Made by a program: the position numbers and the translations under genes
Notes under the pieces: generated by a model
Seen by the model: the letters and a program-made list of their open reading frames with translations, nothing else
What the model was told of the DNA's origin: nothing
The model's database searches: none
In this document: positions 37,458 to 48,369 of the stretch, one piece after another
Layout of the letters: every line of letters begins with the position of its first letter
Numbering within the stretch: the stretch's first letter is position 1
DNA from: an uncultured delta proteobacterium
GTDB taxonomy: Bacteria; Myxococcota_A; Polyangia; Fen-1088
Reading direction: 5' to 3'
Assembly (NCBI GenBank): GCA_963737265.1
Contig: CAVTRY010000007.1
Location: 462,529 to 526,528 of the forward strand
Length of the DNA stretch: 64,000 bases

Positions 37458-38981
37458 ATGCGCAGTACCCCCCGCTCACTGCCGAGTCTCCGCACCGCCC
37501 GGCGTGCCCGCATCGGCCTCACGATGCTGGTCGCCGCCGCGCTCGCCGTCTTAGTAACGGTCGTCCCTGCCGCGTGGCGCGCCTCGGCGAGCACCGTGCC
37601 ACCGGCGCCGCCGGGCTGGTCCACGGTATTCAGCGACGGCTTCTCCGGTGCGGCAGGCTCGCGCGTGGACTCGCAGTGGACCTACGACACCGGCACCCAG
37701 TACAACGGCAGCGGATGTGCCGCCAACTGGGGCACCGGGGAGGTCGAGAGCAACACGAACTCGACCGCGAACGTATCCCTGGACGGCAGCGGCCACCTGA
37801 ACCTCACCCCGGTGAAGTCCGGCGGAAGCTGGACCTCGGGGCGGATCGAGACGGTCGCCGACAACTTCGCCGCACCCGCCGGCGGCGAGCTTGAGGTCAG
37901 CGCATCGATCAGGCAGCCCAATCCGGCCAGCGGCCTCGGTTACTGGCCGGCGTTCTGGATGCTGGGCGCCGGGTTCCGGGCCAGCGGCGCCGGCACATCC
38001 GGGACGATGACCTGCTCCAACTGGCCGTCCACGGGCGAGATCGACGTCATGGAGGACGTCAACGCGCTGTCGGAGCACTCCGGGACCCTGCACTGCGGCA
38101 CCGATCCCGGTGGCCCCTGCAACGAGACCACCGGCCTTGGCAGTGGCCTGCAATCCTGCTCCGGCTGCCAGACCGGCTACAACACCTACTCCGTCATCAT
38201 CAACAGGACCAACACAAGCAACGAGTCGATCACCTGGTATCTCAACGGGAACGCCTACTTCACCGCGACCGAGAGCCAGGTCGGGACGGCCACCTGGCAA
38301 GCAGCGGTGGATCACGGGTTCTTCCTGATCCTCGACCTGGCGATCGGCGGCGGCTACCCGAACGGCGTCTGCGGGTGCACCTCGCCCTCGGCGTCGACCA
38401 GTTCCGGGGCGGCGATGAGCGCCGGGTATGTCGCGGTCTACCAGACCAGCGGCGGCAGCCCTTCGCCCAGCCCCACGCCGACGCATACCCCGACACCCAC
38501 GCCGACGCCCACCCCGAGCCCGACGCCGACCGGCAGGCAGTGCACCACGACCGCGACCGCCGACATCTCCGCCGACTGCTACTCGGGCTCTCAGGGTTCC
38601 ATCTCGGTGACCGCGGCGACCGGGGACACCAATCCATCGGGCGTCGACGGCAACCAGGTGGCACAGCTTGCCAGCGGTGACTACCTGGAATATCCGGGGA
38701 TCAACTTCGGCACCGGCTCCAGCCAGTTCGACGCACGGGTGGCCTCCGGCGCGGCGGGCGGCGTGAGCGGCCTGGTGGAGGTGGTGCTCGACAATCCGTC
38801 GAACGCGCCGGTCGGGAGCTTCGCGGTGGCCAACACCGGCGGCTGGTCCTCCTGGCGCACCGTCCCGGCGAACATCACGAAGGTCACCGGAACCCATACC
38901 GTGTACCTGGAGTTCTCGTCGGGCGCCTCCGGTGACCCGCCGTACGTGAGCCTCCACTACTTCAATTTCCCGGTTTCCTGA
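37458..38981 (+). CDS. Secreted GH16 beta-glucanase with P/T linker and CBM6
   Basis: Signal peptide, WPAFWML, catalytic EIDVME, PT-repeat linker, ARVASGA..NTGGWSSW. Confidence 0.9.
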   Translation: MRSTPRSLPSLRTARRARIGLTMLVAAALAVLVTVVPAAWRASASTVPPAPPGWSTVFSDGFSGAAGSRVDSQWTYDTGTQYNGSGCAANWGTGEVESNTNSTANVSLDGSGHLNLTPVKSGGSWTSGRIETVADNFAAPAGGELEVSASIRQPNPASGLGYWPAFWMLGAGFRASGAGTSGTMTCSNWPSTGEIDVMEDVNALSEHSGTLHCGTDPGGPCNETTGLGSGLQSCSGCQTGYNTYSVIINRTNTSNESITWYLNGNAYFTATESQVGTATWQAAVDHGFFLILDLAIGGGYPNGVCGCTSPSASTSSGAAMSAGYVAVYQTSGGSPSPSPTPTHTPTPTPTPTPSPTPTGRQCTTTATADISADCYSGSQGSISVTAATGDTNPSGVDGNQVAQLASGDYLEYPGINFGTGSSQFDARVASGAAGGVSGLVEVVLDNPSNAPVGSFAVANTGGWSSWRTVPANITKVTGTHTVYLEFSSGASGDPPYVSLHYFNFPVS

Positions 38982-39044
38982 CCGGTGCCGCGGGCCGGGC
39001 CGAACCCCCGCTCCCGGCCCGGTCCGCAGCACCCAGGAGGAGCC

Positions 39045-39338
39045 ATGCTTGTCGCGTTCTCGGTCACACCGCTTGGCGTGGGAGACGCTGTCGGCGAGTA
39101 CGTCGCGGACGCGGTGCGCGTGGTCAGGGACAGCGGGCTGCCCAACCACACCGACGCGATGTTCACCACGGTCGAGGGCGACTGGCACGAGGTGATGGCC
39201 GTGGTCAAACAGGCCATCGACGCGGTCGCCGCGAAGGCGCCCCGGGTCAGCGTGGTGCTCAAGGCCGACATCCGCCCCGGCGCGACCGGAGCGCTCACCG
39301 CCAAGATGGAGAGCCTGGAGCGCCACCTGGCCGGCTGA
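39045..39338 (+). CDS. MTH1187-family thiamine-binding protein
   Basis: [28 protein letters not shown]; AGGAGG RBS. Confidence 0.9.
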   Translation: MLVAFSVTPLGVGDAVGEYVADAVRVVRDSGLPNHTDAMFTTVEGDWHEVMAVVKQAIDAVAAKAPRVSVVLKADIRPGATGALTAKMESLERHLAG

Positions 39339-39377
39339 CGGCGCCACGTTCCCCGGCCTGTGCCCGGCAGGGACGCG

Positions 39378-42300
39378 TCAGCGCTCCTGGCCTGCCAGCG
39401 GGACCTCCTCGATGAGGGCGGCCAGCCCGGCCTCATCGAGGAGGTCCGCAGGCCGCAGCGTCTGGTCGTGCCGCACGTAGTAGAACGCCGCCCGTACCTG
39501 GTCAAGCGGCACCCCGGCCAGGGTTGCCCAGGCCACCCGGTAGGCGGCGAGCTGGACGGATGCCGCGCGCAGGTCGGCGGCCGAGTTCGGCGGCTGCCCG
39601 GTCTTCCAGTCGACCACGTCGTATCCGCCACTGACCGGGTCGGCGAACACGGCGTCGATCCGGCCGCGGACCGTGCGGCCCGCGACCAGCGTCTCGAACG
39701 GCACCTCCACGTCCACCGGCCACCGGTCGCCCCACTCTCCCGCCTCGAACTGCTCCCTGAGCAAGGCGAGGTCGGCGTCGTCGGGATCGTCGGCCGGATC
39801 GTCGGCCGCTCCCAGCAGGTCGGTGGGGTCGATCAGCCGCTGCTGCCCGAACCGCTGCTCCAGCCAGCGGTGGAAGGCGGTGCCCCGCCGGGCCTGCGGC
39901 ACCGGCGGGCGGGGCATCGGGCGGCGGATCTGCTGGGCCAGCCTGTCCGGGTCGGCCGCCATTGTGACCAGCGAGGACACCGACAGCTGCGCCGGGAGCG
40001 CGCACCGCCGCCCCGGCACCGGCGCGCCGCTGCGAAAGCTCTCTCAGCAGCAGGCCTGCGTCCCGGGACCAGGCGCGGGCGAGCGCCCGGTCCGCCTCGC
40101 TCAGCTCGCCGCCGCCGTCCGGCTCCTCCTCATCCGGCTCCTCCAGCACGGCAATCTCGTGCTCGACCAGCGCGGCCGCCTCCCGCACGGCCGCATGCCG
40201 TGGCCCCTCCGCGGCCGGCGGCCACGATACGACGGCGGGCTCGGCCAGCGCCGGGTTCTGCGCGCCGTCTTCCGGCGGCGGTGCCCAGTGCGCCACGGTG
40301 CCCGGGCCTTCGGCGCACGCGGCGCGGACCTCCTCCAGGAACAGCGACGGGCCCAGCGGCGACGCGGCCTCGCCCCACCAGTAGCCGGAGCAGGCGACCC
40401 AGTACGCGGCCCGGGTCACCGCCACGTAGGCGAGCCGCCGCTCCTCGGCCAGCTCACGCGCTGAGCAGGCGCCGGTGAACTTCTCCCGCGACGCCTCCTC
40501 CAGGTCCCGCAGCACCGGCAGGTCTTCTGCATCGCCGCGCAGGCCGAACGGCAGCAGCCGGGGGTTCTCGGTCCACCGCGTGGTGACCCGCGGCTTCGCG
40601 GGGAACACCGAGGCCCGCGGGCCGGCCGCCAGGCCCGGCACCACCACGGCGGCCCATTGCAGGCCCTTGGCGGCGTGCACGGTGGTAAGCGTGACCGCGT
40701 TGGCCCCGCTCGGCTGGCCGGACTCCAGGCCGAACTCCTCCGCCTCCGCCGCGGTCAGGTAGGCGAGGAATGCGCCGAGCGTGGGCTCCTCCTCGTCGTC
40801 GGCGAAGGCGGCCGCCGCATCGGCGAACGCGTCCAGGTCGGCGCGGGCGACGGCCGGATCCCGCCACGGTTGCGCCGCAACCTCGATGTCCAGGCCCAGC
40901 GTCCGCTCGACCTCCCCGACCAGGTCCGGCAGCGGCCAGGCTGAATGCACGCGCAGCGCCCGCAACTCAGCGGCCAGCGCGGCGAACCGCTGGTAGCCCC
41001 GTGCCGAGTAGCCGCCCCGGTTCCCCAGGTCTTCCAGCGCCTCCGCCATGCTCCCGGGCAGCGCGGTCAGATCCGTGACCGCTTGCGCCAGCGCATCATT
41101 GTCGTGCGCTACGCCGCTGCCCGCATCCCCTGCCCCCGCCGCGTCACCGCCGCCGTGGCTGTCCTGGAGACCGGCTGCGCCAGGGCCGGCCTGGCTGCCC
41201 CCGGGCGCGCGTTCCCCGGGGCGGTGCGCCCCCGGGCCGGCCGGGTCGTGGGGCTCGCGGGCCAGTTCCCTGGCACGCCTGCCCAGGGCGACCAGGTCGC
41301 GGGGCCCGATCCGCCACCGTGGCCCGGTGAGCAGCCGGGCGAGCGCGGCGGACTCCGCCGGATCGTGCAGCACCCGCAGGGTGGCCACGATGTCGGCGAC
41401 CTCGGGGACGGTGAGCAGCCCGCCGAGACCGACCACCTCGACCGGAACCCCCTGCGCCTCGATCGCCGCCCGCAGCAGGGCGAACTGGGAGCGCTTGCGG
41501 CAGAGCACAGCGATGTCGGAGGGCTGGACGCCAGGCAGGTCCCAGGGCTCGCCGTCGGGTGCGATGCCGGCCGGCAGCCGGAGCAGCCCCGCGACCTGCT
41601 CGCCCACCCAGCGCGCCTCGGCGGTGGCGGTTTCGAGCAGCGCGCAGACCACGGCGCCGCGGCCGGCCCGCCCCGGCGGTGCCACCAGCCGGGGCACCTG
41701 GGACACCTGGTCCCGCAGCTCGCGCTGGATCACCGCGGCGACATCAAGCACCTTGCCGGTGTTGCGGAAGCTGGTGGCGAGCTGGGCGACCCTGGCCGGG
41801 TGCGCACCCGCAGCGAACTCCCGGGCGAACCGGGCCAGGTTGCCCGCGCTGGCCCCGCGCCAGCCGTAGATCGACTGGCAGGGGTCGCCCACGGCGGTCA
41901 CCGGGTGCCCGCCGCCGAACAGCGCACGCAGCAGGACGAGCTGGGCGTGGCTGGTGTCCTGGAACTCGTCGAGCAGCACCACCTGGTACCGGGCGCGCTC
42001 GATCGCGCCCACCTCGCGGTGCCTGGTCGCTATCCGGGCGGCCAGCGTCACCTGGTCGCCGTAGTCGATGACCTCCCTGGCCCTCTTGGCCGCGGCATAG
42101 CCGGACACCAGCGGCAGCAACTGCTCCCGGGTGCGCTGGCAGTCCAGGATCTTGCGGACGCCGCTGGGCAGCCGGGGCAGCGCCCGGGACGCCGCCTCCA
42201 GCCAGTCGCCGATCTGGTTGATGTCGGCGGGGTTGGCCAGGTGCTCGGCAAGCTCCCCGGCGAGGTCAAGCACCGCGGCGGTGACCGACTGCGGGGCCCA

Positions 42301-43176
42301 GTGAACCGCGTCCATCGGCCCGGCGTAGGCGGCCACCACCCGGGCTGCCAGCTGCCACGCCACGGCGGGGGTGATCAGGCGCACGGTGGGTTCCAGGGCT
42401 TCGCGTAGCGCATGGTCGGCGACGAGCCGGGCGGCGTAGGAGTGATAGGTGGACACGATGGGCTCGCCGTCGAGCAGGTCGTCACCGGGAAGCTCACCGG
42501 CCGCGAGCCCGCCTGCGGCGCCGCCGGGCAGATCGGCCGGCACTCGGCCATCCAGGGCGCCGAGCACGGCCGCACTGGCCAGGTCGGCCCCCGCGCGGCT
42601 GCCCAGCCGCCCGCTCGCAGGGCCGCCACCCAGCTCGTGCGGGCTGCCCAGCCGCCCGTCGGCAGGGCCGCCGCCAAGCTCGCGCGGGCTGCCCAGCAAG
42701 CCACCCGCTAGTCCGCGGTCCGCGAGCCCGCCGCCAGCGAGTCCACCGCCCGCGGCGGCAAACGAGCCGTCCGGCAGCAAGCCGCCCGCGCCGCCCGCCC
42801 AGAGACCGCCGGGCATCGGAGCGCCGTCAGGGGCGCCCGCCCCAGGGCCGCCTGGTAGGCCAGCCGGATCGCCGCCCGTGACGTCCAGGCCCACCCGGCG
42901 CAGGCCCGCGAGGCGGGTGCGCACCCGCTGCCCAAGCTCGGCGGCTGCCTTGCGGGTGAAGGTGAGGCCCAGGACCCGTTCCGGCCGGACCATGCCGTTG
43001 GCGACCAGCCAGACCAGCCGGGCGGCCATCGTCTCGCTCTTGCCAGACCCGGCCCCGGCGATGACCGCGAGCGGCTCCAGCGGCGCGGCGATCACCTCGG
43101 CCTGCTCCGCGGTGGGCTCGGGCAGCCCGAGCAGCCGGGCCAGCTGCCCGGGCTCGTAGCGAATGGGCTGATTCAC
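39378..43176 (-). CDS. adnB: AdnB-like helicase-nuclease (frameshift near 40010)
   Basis: AGAGSGKS, TFTRKAA, LDEFQDT, VHAAKGL, EERRLAYVAVTRA; nuclease GRIDAVF..DWKTG in ORF 39378..40019. Confidence 0.9.
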
Positions 43177-46100
43177 CGGGTCACCTGCTCGCCGTCGGGA
43201 TGCACGGGGCAGCAGGACCTGACCGGGCAGTTCCGGCAGCCCGGGTTCACCCGCGCCTCGAACAGCGGGCCGGCCATGCCCGCCGCTACGGTCTCGACCA
43301 GGTCCCGCGCCCAGTCCGGTTCCGGATCGCCGGTCAGCGCCTGCTGCGGCTGCACCCGGACCCGGGCAGACAAGCTCGCGTTGCCCACCTGGATCAGCTC
43401 CGCGCCGCCCGGCTCGGTCAGGCCGAATCGCTCGAATGCCCCGAGCAGCACGGCGAGCTGGTACACGCCGAGCTGGGGGTGCCGGTCCAGGTCCGTGGAC
43501 GGCACCGGAGTGGAGCCGGTCTTCAGGTCCACGACGATGGCCCGGCCGTCGGGGTCCCGCTCCAGCCGGTCCACCCGCCCGGTGATCTCCACAGCGCCGA
43601 TCTGGGCCCGCAGCTTCTGCTCGACCGCGACCAGTTCCCTCGGGTTGTCCCGGTGCCAGGCGAGGAACTTGTTCACCATGACCCTGGCCCGCTCCCGCTC
43701 CTTGTCGCTGTACCAGGGGCTGCCGAAGTCCAGGTGATGCCAGATCTCGTCGATCCGCTCACTGATCATGGCCTCGTCGGCACCGGTGGCGGCGAGCACG
43801 GCGGCCGCATGGATGAGGATCCCGAAGTGCCGGATCACGTCCGAGGACCCGGCGCCCGCGGCGACCTCGAGCAGCCAGCGCAGCCCGCACCGGTGGAACG
43901 ACTCAACCTGGGACGGCGACAGCCGGACGAGCAGGCCGTCCGCCGCGGCCGGGATCGGCCCGGGATCGGACAGCTCGGTGAGCTGGTACCACTGCCCCGG
44001 GTGGGCGCCGCGGACACCGGCAGCGGCGAGCCGGGCGAGCTGGGCCGCGGCGGCCCGGCGCAGTGCGGGCGGGCGGTCCGGGTCGGCCGCGGCCCGGCGC
44101 AGGTCGGCGGTCAGTGCGGGCAGCGACAGCCACCGTGGCGCGGCCCCGGCGACGTCCTCGATCTCGATCTCGTCACCAGCCAGCTCGGCCAGGAACCGGG
44201 ACGGCCGTTCCTGGCTGTCGTCGCTGCCCGATGCGGTGACCACAAGCCGGCGGCGGGCGCGGGTGACCGCCACGTAGAACAGACGGCGCTCCTCGTTGAG
44301 CAGCTTGGCCGCCAGCGCCGCGGCCATTGTGTCGGTGCCGGTGCCCGGCACAAGCACGCCCGCAGCCGCGTCCATGAGCTCGTCCATGCCGAGCAGCGAG
44401 GAGCGCATCCGCAGGTCCGGCCAGATGCCCTCCTGGACCCCCGCCACCACGACGACATCCCACTCCAGGCCCTTGGCCCGGTGCGCGGTCAGGATCCGGA
44501 CGGCATCGCCCTCCGGGGCGTGGTCCGCGAGGGTGTCTCCCGGGATCTCCTGGCCGGACATGCTGTCCAGGAAAAGCGAGGCCGAGCCCGGCGGCAGCCG
44601 CACGGCGAACCTGGCCGCGGCATCGAACAGCGCACACACCGCGTCGAGGTCACGGTCGGCCGCGGCACCGCGGGATCCGCCCGCGGCCGACACCGCCTGC
44701 CACGCGGAAGCCACGCCCGACGCGTCCCACACCGCCCAGAGCACGTCGTGCGCGTTGCCGTCGCCGGCGGTCTGCCGCGCCAGCGCCAGCAGATCGGCCA
44801 CCCGGCGCGCGGCGTCCGCGGCGGGCGCGCGGATCAGGGTCAGTTCGCGCGGGTCCTCCAGAACGGCGGCCAGCGGCTGTGGCGGGCTGTCCTCGCCGGC
44901 GTCCCGTGCCGCCGCCCGGAGCGCCCGCCGGAGCCGGCGCAGGCCCAGGGCGTCGGTGCCGCCGAGCGGCCCGGCGAGCAGCTCGATCGCCGCTTCCTCG
45001 TCGAGAGTCTCCGGGTGCAGCGCGCAGCGCAGCAGCAGGAGCAGCGGGCGCACGCCGGGCTCGGCCTCCAGCGGCAGCTCGTCGCCAGCGATCACCGAGG
45101 GCACTCCGGTCGCGGCGAGTGCCCTGCGCAGCAGCGGCACCTGGCCGATCACCGATCTGACCAGGACCGCCATGGACGACCAGGGCACCCCGTCGTGCAG
45201 GTGTGCCCGGCGGAGCGCATCGGCCACCACGGTGGCTTCCTGGCTGGCGCTGGAGGCGACCACGACCCGGAGCTCGCCGGGTGGCACGGACGGCACCGGC
45301 CGCAGATCGCGATGGCCGCCCGGTGGCTGGCTGCCCCGAGGCTGGCCGCCGGACGGCTGGCCGCCGGACGGCTGGCCGCCGGACGGCTGGCTGGCAGGGG
45401 ACTGACGACCAGGGGACTGGCCGTCGTCAGGCCCGCGGTCACGCCGGCCGCTGGCTGCCCGGCTGGGCGGCGCCACGGCGGGCGGAGCCGGGAGCCTGGC
45501 CGCGATCCGGCGGGACGCGGCGAGCAGGACGGGGCCGCTGCGCCGGCAGGTGCCCAGGGCGACCACCCGGGCGGGCCGGTCGTCCGGCGCGCGGAACCGG
45601 TCGGGGAACCGCATGATCGCGCTGACGTCGGCACCGCGGAACGCGTAGATCGCCTGGTCCGGGTCCCCGACCACGATCAGTTCCCGGCCGTCGCCGGCCA
45701 GGGCGTGCAGCAGCGCCTCCTGGGCCGGGTCGGTGTCCTGGTATTCGTCGACCAGGACCACGTCGTAGGCTTTCCGCTCCCGCTCGCGGACCGCACCGCG
45801 GGACAGCAGCGCCGCAGCGATCCTGATGATCTCGGCGTAGTCGTAGGCGGGCACCGGCGCCAGGTCGAATCTCGCGTCGTAGCGGGCGAGGAAGGCGCCC
45901 GCGGCGACCCAGTCATCCCGGTCCCGCTGCCGGCCCAGCCGGGCCAGCCCGCGCCCGTCGAACCCGCGTTCTGCGCCGCGCAGCAGGAAGTCCCGCAGCT
46001 CTGCGGCGAAGCCGCGGGTGCCCAGCGCCGGCCGCAGCCGTTCCGGCCAGCGGATGCCACCGTCCTCGGCCTCACCGCGCAGCAGCCGCCGCACCTCCAG

Positions 46101-46496
46101 CAACTGCTCCGGGCCAGGGAGCAGGGTCGGGGGCTCATCGCCGGCCAGCGTGAACTCGCGGCGCACCAGCGCGTACGCGTAGCTGTGGAAGGTCAGTGCC
46201 AGGGGCTCGCGAGTGGTCCGGCCAAGGCGGGCGGTGATCCGCTGGCGCAGCTCCTCCGCGGCCTTGCGGCTGAACGTCAGCACGAGGACCCGTTCCGGGT
46301 CGATGCCGCGCCTGGTGATGCGCTCCACCACGGTCTCCACGATCGCGGTGGTCTTCCCCGTGCCTGGTCCGGCCAGAACGAGCAGTGGCAGCCCTTCGTG
46401 GTCCACGACGGCCCGCTGCGCCGCGTCGAGGACCGGGGCCCCGGCCGCCCGTGCAGGCGGGCGGACGAGGTGATAGGCCGGCGAATGCTCGCTCAT
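43173..46496 (-). CDS. adnA: AdnA-like helicase-nuclease
   Basis: GPGTGKT, DEYQD, AHRAKGLEW, GRVDRLE..DLKTG, terminal Cys cluster; start at ATG 46496. Confidence 0.92.
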   Translation of the reverse strand: MSEHSPAYHLVRPPARAAGAPVLDAAQRAVVDHEGLPLLVLAGPGTGKTTAIVETVVERITRRGIDPERVLVLTFSRKAAEELRQRITARLGRTTREPLALTFHSYAYALVRREFTLAGDEPPTLLPGPEQLLEVRRLLRGEAEDGGIRWPERLRPALGTRGFAAELRDFLLRGAERGFDGRGLARLGRQRDRDDWVAAGAFLARYDARFDLAPVPAYDYAEIIRIAAALLSRGAVRERERKAYDVVLVDEYQDTDPAQEALLHALAGDGRELIVVGDPDQAIYAFRGADVSAIMRFPDRFRAPDDRPARVVALGTCRRSGPVLLAASRRIAARLPAPPAVAPPSRAASGRRDRGPDDGQSPGRQSPASQPSGGQPSGGQPSGGQPRGSQPPGGHRDLRPVPSVPPGELRVVVASSASQEATVVADALRRAHLHDGVPWSSMAVLVRSVIGQVPLLRRALAATGVPSVIAGDELPLEAEPGVRPLLLLLRCALHPETLDEEAAIELLAGPLGGTDALGLRRLRRALRAAARDAGEDSPPQPLAAVLEDPRELTLIRAPAADAARRVADLLALARQTAGDGNAHDVLWAVWDASGVASAWQAVSAAGGSRGAAADRDLDAVCALFDAAARFAVRLPPGSASLFLDSMSGQEIPGDTLADHAPEGDAVRILTAHRAKGLEWDVVVVAGVQEGIWPDLRMRSSLLGMDELMDAAAGVLVPGTGTDTMAAALAAKLLNEERRLFYVAVTRARRRLVVTASGSDDSQERPSRFLAELAGDEIEIEDVAGAAPRWLSLPALTADLRRAAADPDRPPALRRAAAAQLARLAAAGVRGAHPGQWYQLTELSDPGPIPAAADGLLVRLSPSQVESFHRCGLRWLLEVAAGAGSSDVIRHFGILIHAAAVLAATGADEAMISERIDEIWHHLDFGSPWYSDKERERARVMVNKFLAWHRDNPRELVAVEQKLRAQIGAVEITGRVDRLERDPDGRAIVVDLKTGSTPVPSTDLDRHPQLGVYQLAVLLGAFERFGLTEPGGAELIQVGNASLSARVRVQPQQALTGDPEPDWARDLVETVAAGMAGPLFEARVNPGCRNCPVRSCCPVHPDGEQVTR

Positions 46497-46507
46497 ATCA
46501 ATTAGGC

Positions 46508-46529
46508 ATTCCAGCAGACCCCTATGACA
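46508..46529 (-). promoter_or_regulatory. PafBC (RecA-NDp)-like promoter of adnAB
   Basis: TGTCAT-N10-TGGAAT versus consensus TGTCGG-N10-TANNNT. Confidence 0.5.
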
Positions 46530-46667
46530 TCCCGCGCTCCTTTGCCGCTCCAGCACCGGCGCGGCGCTCAAAAGGCACCCGGAAAAGGGAAAGCGGCTGC
46601 AGCCGCGCCCTTCTCCCCGGCCCGGCACGGCCTGGTCAGAGCCGCCGGCCCGGAGCGCTTGGGCCAT

Positions 46668-46850
46668 GAGCCTGGCCCGGCAGGCTCGGACCGCATGGGT
46701 GCCCATGAGCCTGGCCCGGCAGGCTCGGACCGCTTGGGCCATGAGCCTGGCCCGGCAGGCTCGGACCGCATGGGTGCCCATGAGCCTGGCCCGGCAGGCT
46801 CTCGGACCGCATGGGTGCCCATCGAGCCTGGCCCGGCAGGCTCGGACCGC
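46668..46850. repeat. Tandem array of five hairpin units
   Basis: GAGCCTG-GCCCGG-CAGGCTC-GGACCGC five times, joined by ATGGGTGCCCAT or TTGGGCCAT. Confidence 0.9.
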
Positions 46851-47001
46851 ATGAGCGCGCCCGTGAGGCTGGTGCAGACAGTCCGGGGCGGTGGATGCCC
46901 CCTTTGAGGCTGGCACCGGCCAACTCGGAACGCGCGGGTGCCCGTGAGGTAGGTGTTGCTCACGGGACGCTCAGGCTCGCAGGTATCCCCTCGCCTGGGG
47001 A

Positions 47002-47162
47002 TGATCATGGTGTCTTGGTCGCTGGAGCATGGCAGGACAGGTCCGAACCCAGCCATGTCGGCCTGGCTTCCTTGATCACGGGCACTTTGGTGCGGATAGC
47101 CGCCCCAAGGTGACCGCGATCATGGTTGCGGTGCCGGTGGAGCGGCCAGAACACCATGATCA
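47002..47162. repeat. Cluster of GATCA-bounded REP-like hairpins
   Basis: TGATCATGGTGTC...ACACCATGATCA outside; GATCACGGGCACTTTGGTGCGG / CCGCCCCAAGGTGACCGCGATC inside. Confidence 0.75.
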
Positions 47163-47191
47163 CGAATGCGAGCGGGGTGCCGGGCGTGGCC

Positions 47192-47728
47192 TTACTGGAC
47201 GGGCATGATCTTGAGGTACTGCGGGCCGGTCTTGGCGCAGGCGGCGAAGGGGAACGGCACCCGCTTGGACTGGGTCTGGCCCGGCGGGTACACCCGCAGC
47301 CCCGCCGCTGTCACCGGCCCGCATTGTGCTGGCGGGAATATGCCGCCCTCGACGATGCCCACCAGCGCCGTGGCGGTGGCGCCGTTGGCGAGGGTCACCG
47401 TCTGCGGCGTGGCGCCGATGCGAACGGCTGCGCTGCCCAGCTGCGTTCCGGTCAGGTTGGTCGCGGAGACCCCGGGATAGCCGAACAGCGTGCAGGTGCT
47501 GCCGGAAAGGTTGGTGAACTCCAGGTTGTAGTAGATGGTGCCCGCCGCCCCGCTGCCCTGGGTGTCCAGCCAGATGTCCAGACCGGACGTGGCGCAGGCG
47601 GGCGTGGCGGTGCGGGCCGTATGGGCGGCGCCGGGCGCGGCCAGTGCCGCCGCCGGGACCAGGGCGGCGGCGCAGGCGAGCGCCCCGGCGGAGAGCAGCC
47701 GCCGGGCCGCGGTGGTACGCAGGTTCAT
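47192..47728 (-). CDS. Secreted DUF4232 protein
   Basis: Signal peptide; GAAGTIYYNLEFTN..CTLFGYPGV and LRVYPPG. Confidence 0.85.
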   Translation of the reverse strand: MNLRTTAARRLLSAGALACAAALVPAAALAAPGAAHTARTATPACATSGLDIWLDTQGSGAAGTIYYNLEFTNLSGSTCTLFGYPGVSATNLTGTQLGSAAVRIGATPQTVTLANGATATALVGIVEGGIFPPAQCGPVTAAGLRVYPPGQTQSKRVPFPFAACAKTGPQYLKIMPVQ

Positions 47729-48042
47729 GACAGTCCCCCGTTCAGAAAGGGCAGCCTGAACGGCTCCCCGTCATGGTCAGGCTTGTTCGCTAGAGCAGAG
47801 CGCGCAGGTCGCCTGTTGATACATGGCGCGCTTGCGCGAGCGGAGGTCGGCGGCGGCGGCGACCCGGCCCAGCGCCCAGCGGCCCAGCGGCCCAGCAGGG
47901 CCCAGCGGCCCAGCCGGACGCCTGCAGTTTGCGCGGCGAAGGATGGGTGGGCGGATCGGCCAGCGGCTAGTTGAGCGATATCGTGCGATACGATATCGTA
48001 ATAGGCGGCCGATGGCTCTCTCCGGGCGCTGGGCGCCGGTGG

Positions 48043-48369
48043 TCAGCAGTCCGGGGCGAACCAGCGGGCCCTGCGCATGTCCACGCCGCGGACCTCGCCG
48101 CCGGGGGCGCGGCGCAGTGGCGTGCCCTCTTCGAGGTAGCGGGCCAGCGCTTCCCGCTCATGACCAGCCAGGAACGACCCGTCGGCGTGGATCACCCGCC
48201 ACCAGGCCACGCCCCCGCCCCATTGCGACATCACCCGGCCGACCTGGCGCGGGCCCGCCTCACCCAGGTACTCGGCGATGTCCCCGTAGGACATCACGCG
48301 CCCAGGCGGGATGCTCTCGGTGACCCCGAGCACCCGTTCGGCGAAGTCGGGCGGTTGGGCGGTCACCAT
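48043..48369 (-). CDS. Alkyltransferase-like (MGMT family, no catalytic Cys) protein
   Basis: IPPGRVMSYGDIA, PRQVG, WWRV in place of PCHR. Confidence 0.9.
   Translation of the reverse strand: MVTAQPPDFAERVLGVTESIPPGRVMSYGDIAEYLGEAGPRQVGRVMSQWGGGVAWWRVIHADGSFLAGHEREALARYLEEGTPLRRAPGGEVRGVDMRRARWFAPDC

Noticed and set aside
46668-46850. CRISPR array
   Set aside because: Linkers are only 9-13 bp and nearly identical; no cas genes.
46497-46916. N-terminal extension of AdnA in the ORF track
   Set aside because: It simply translates the hairpin repeat array; the promoter motif and homology point to ATG 46496.
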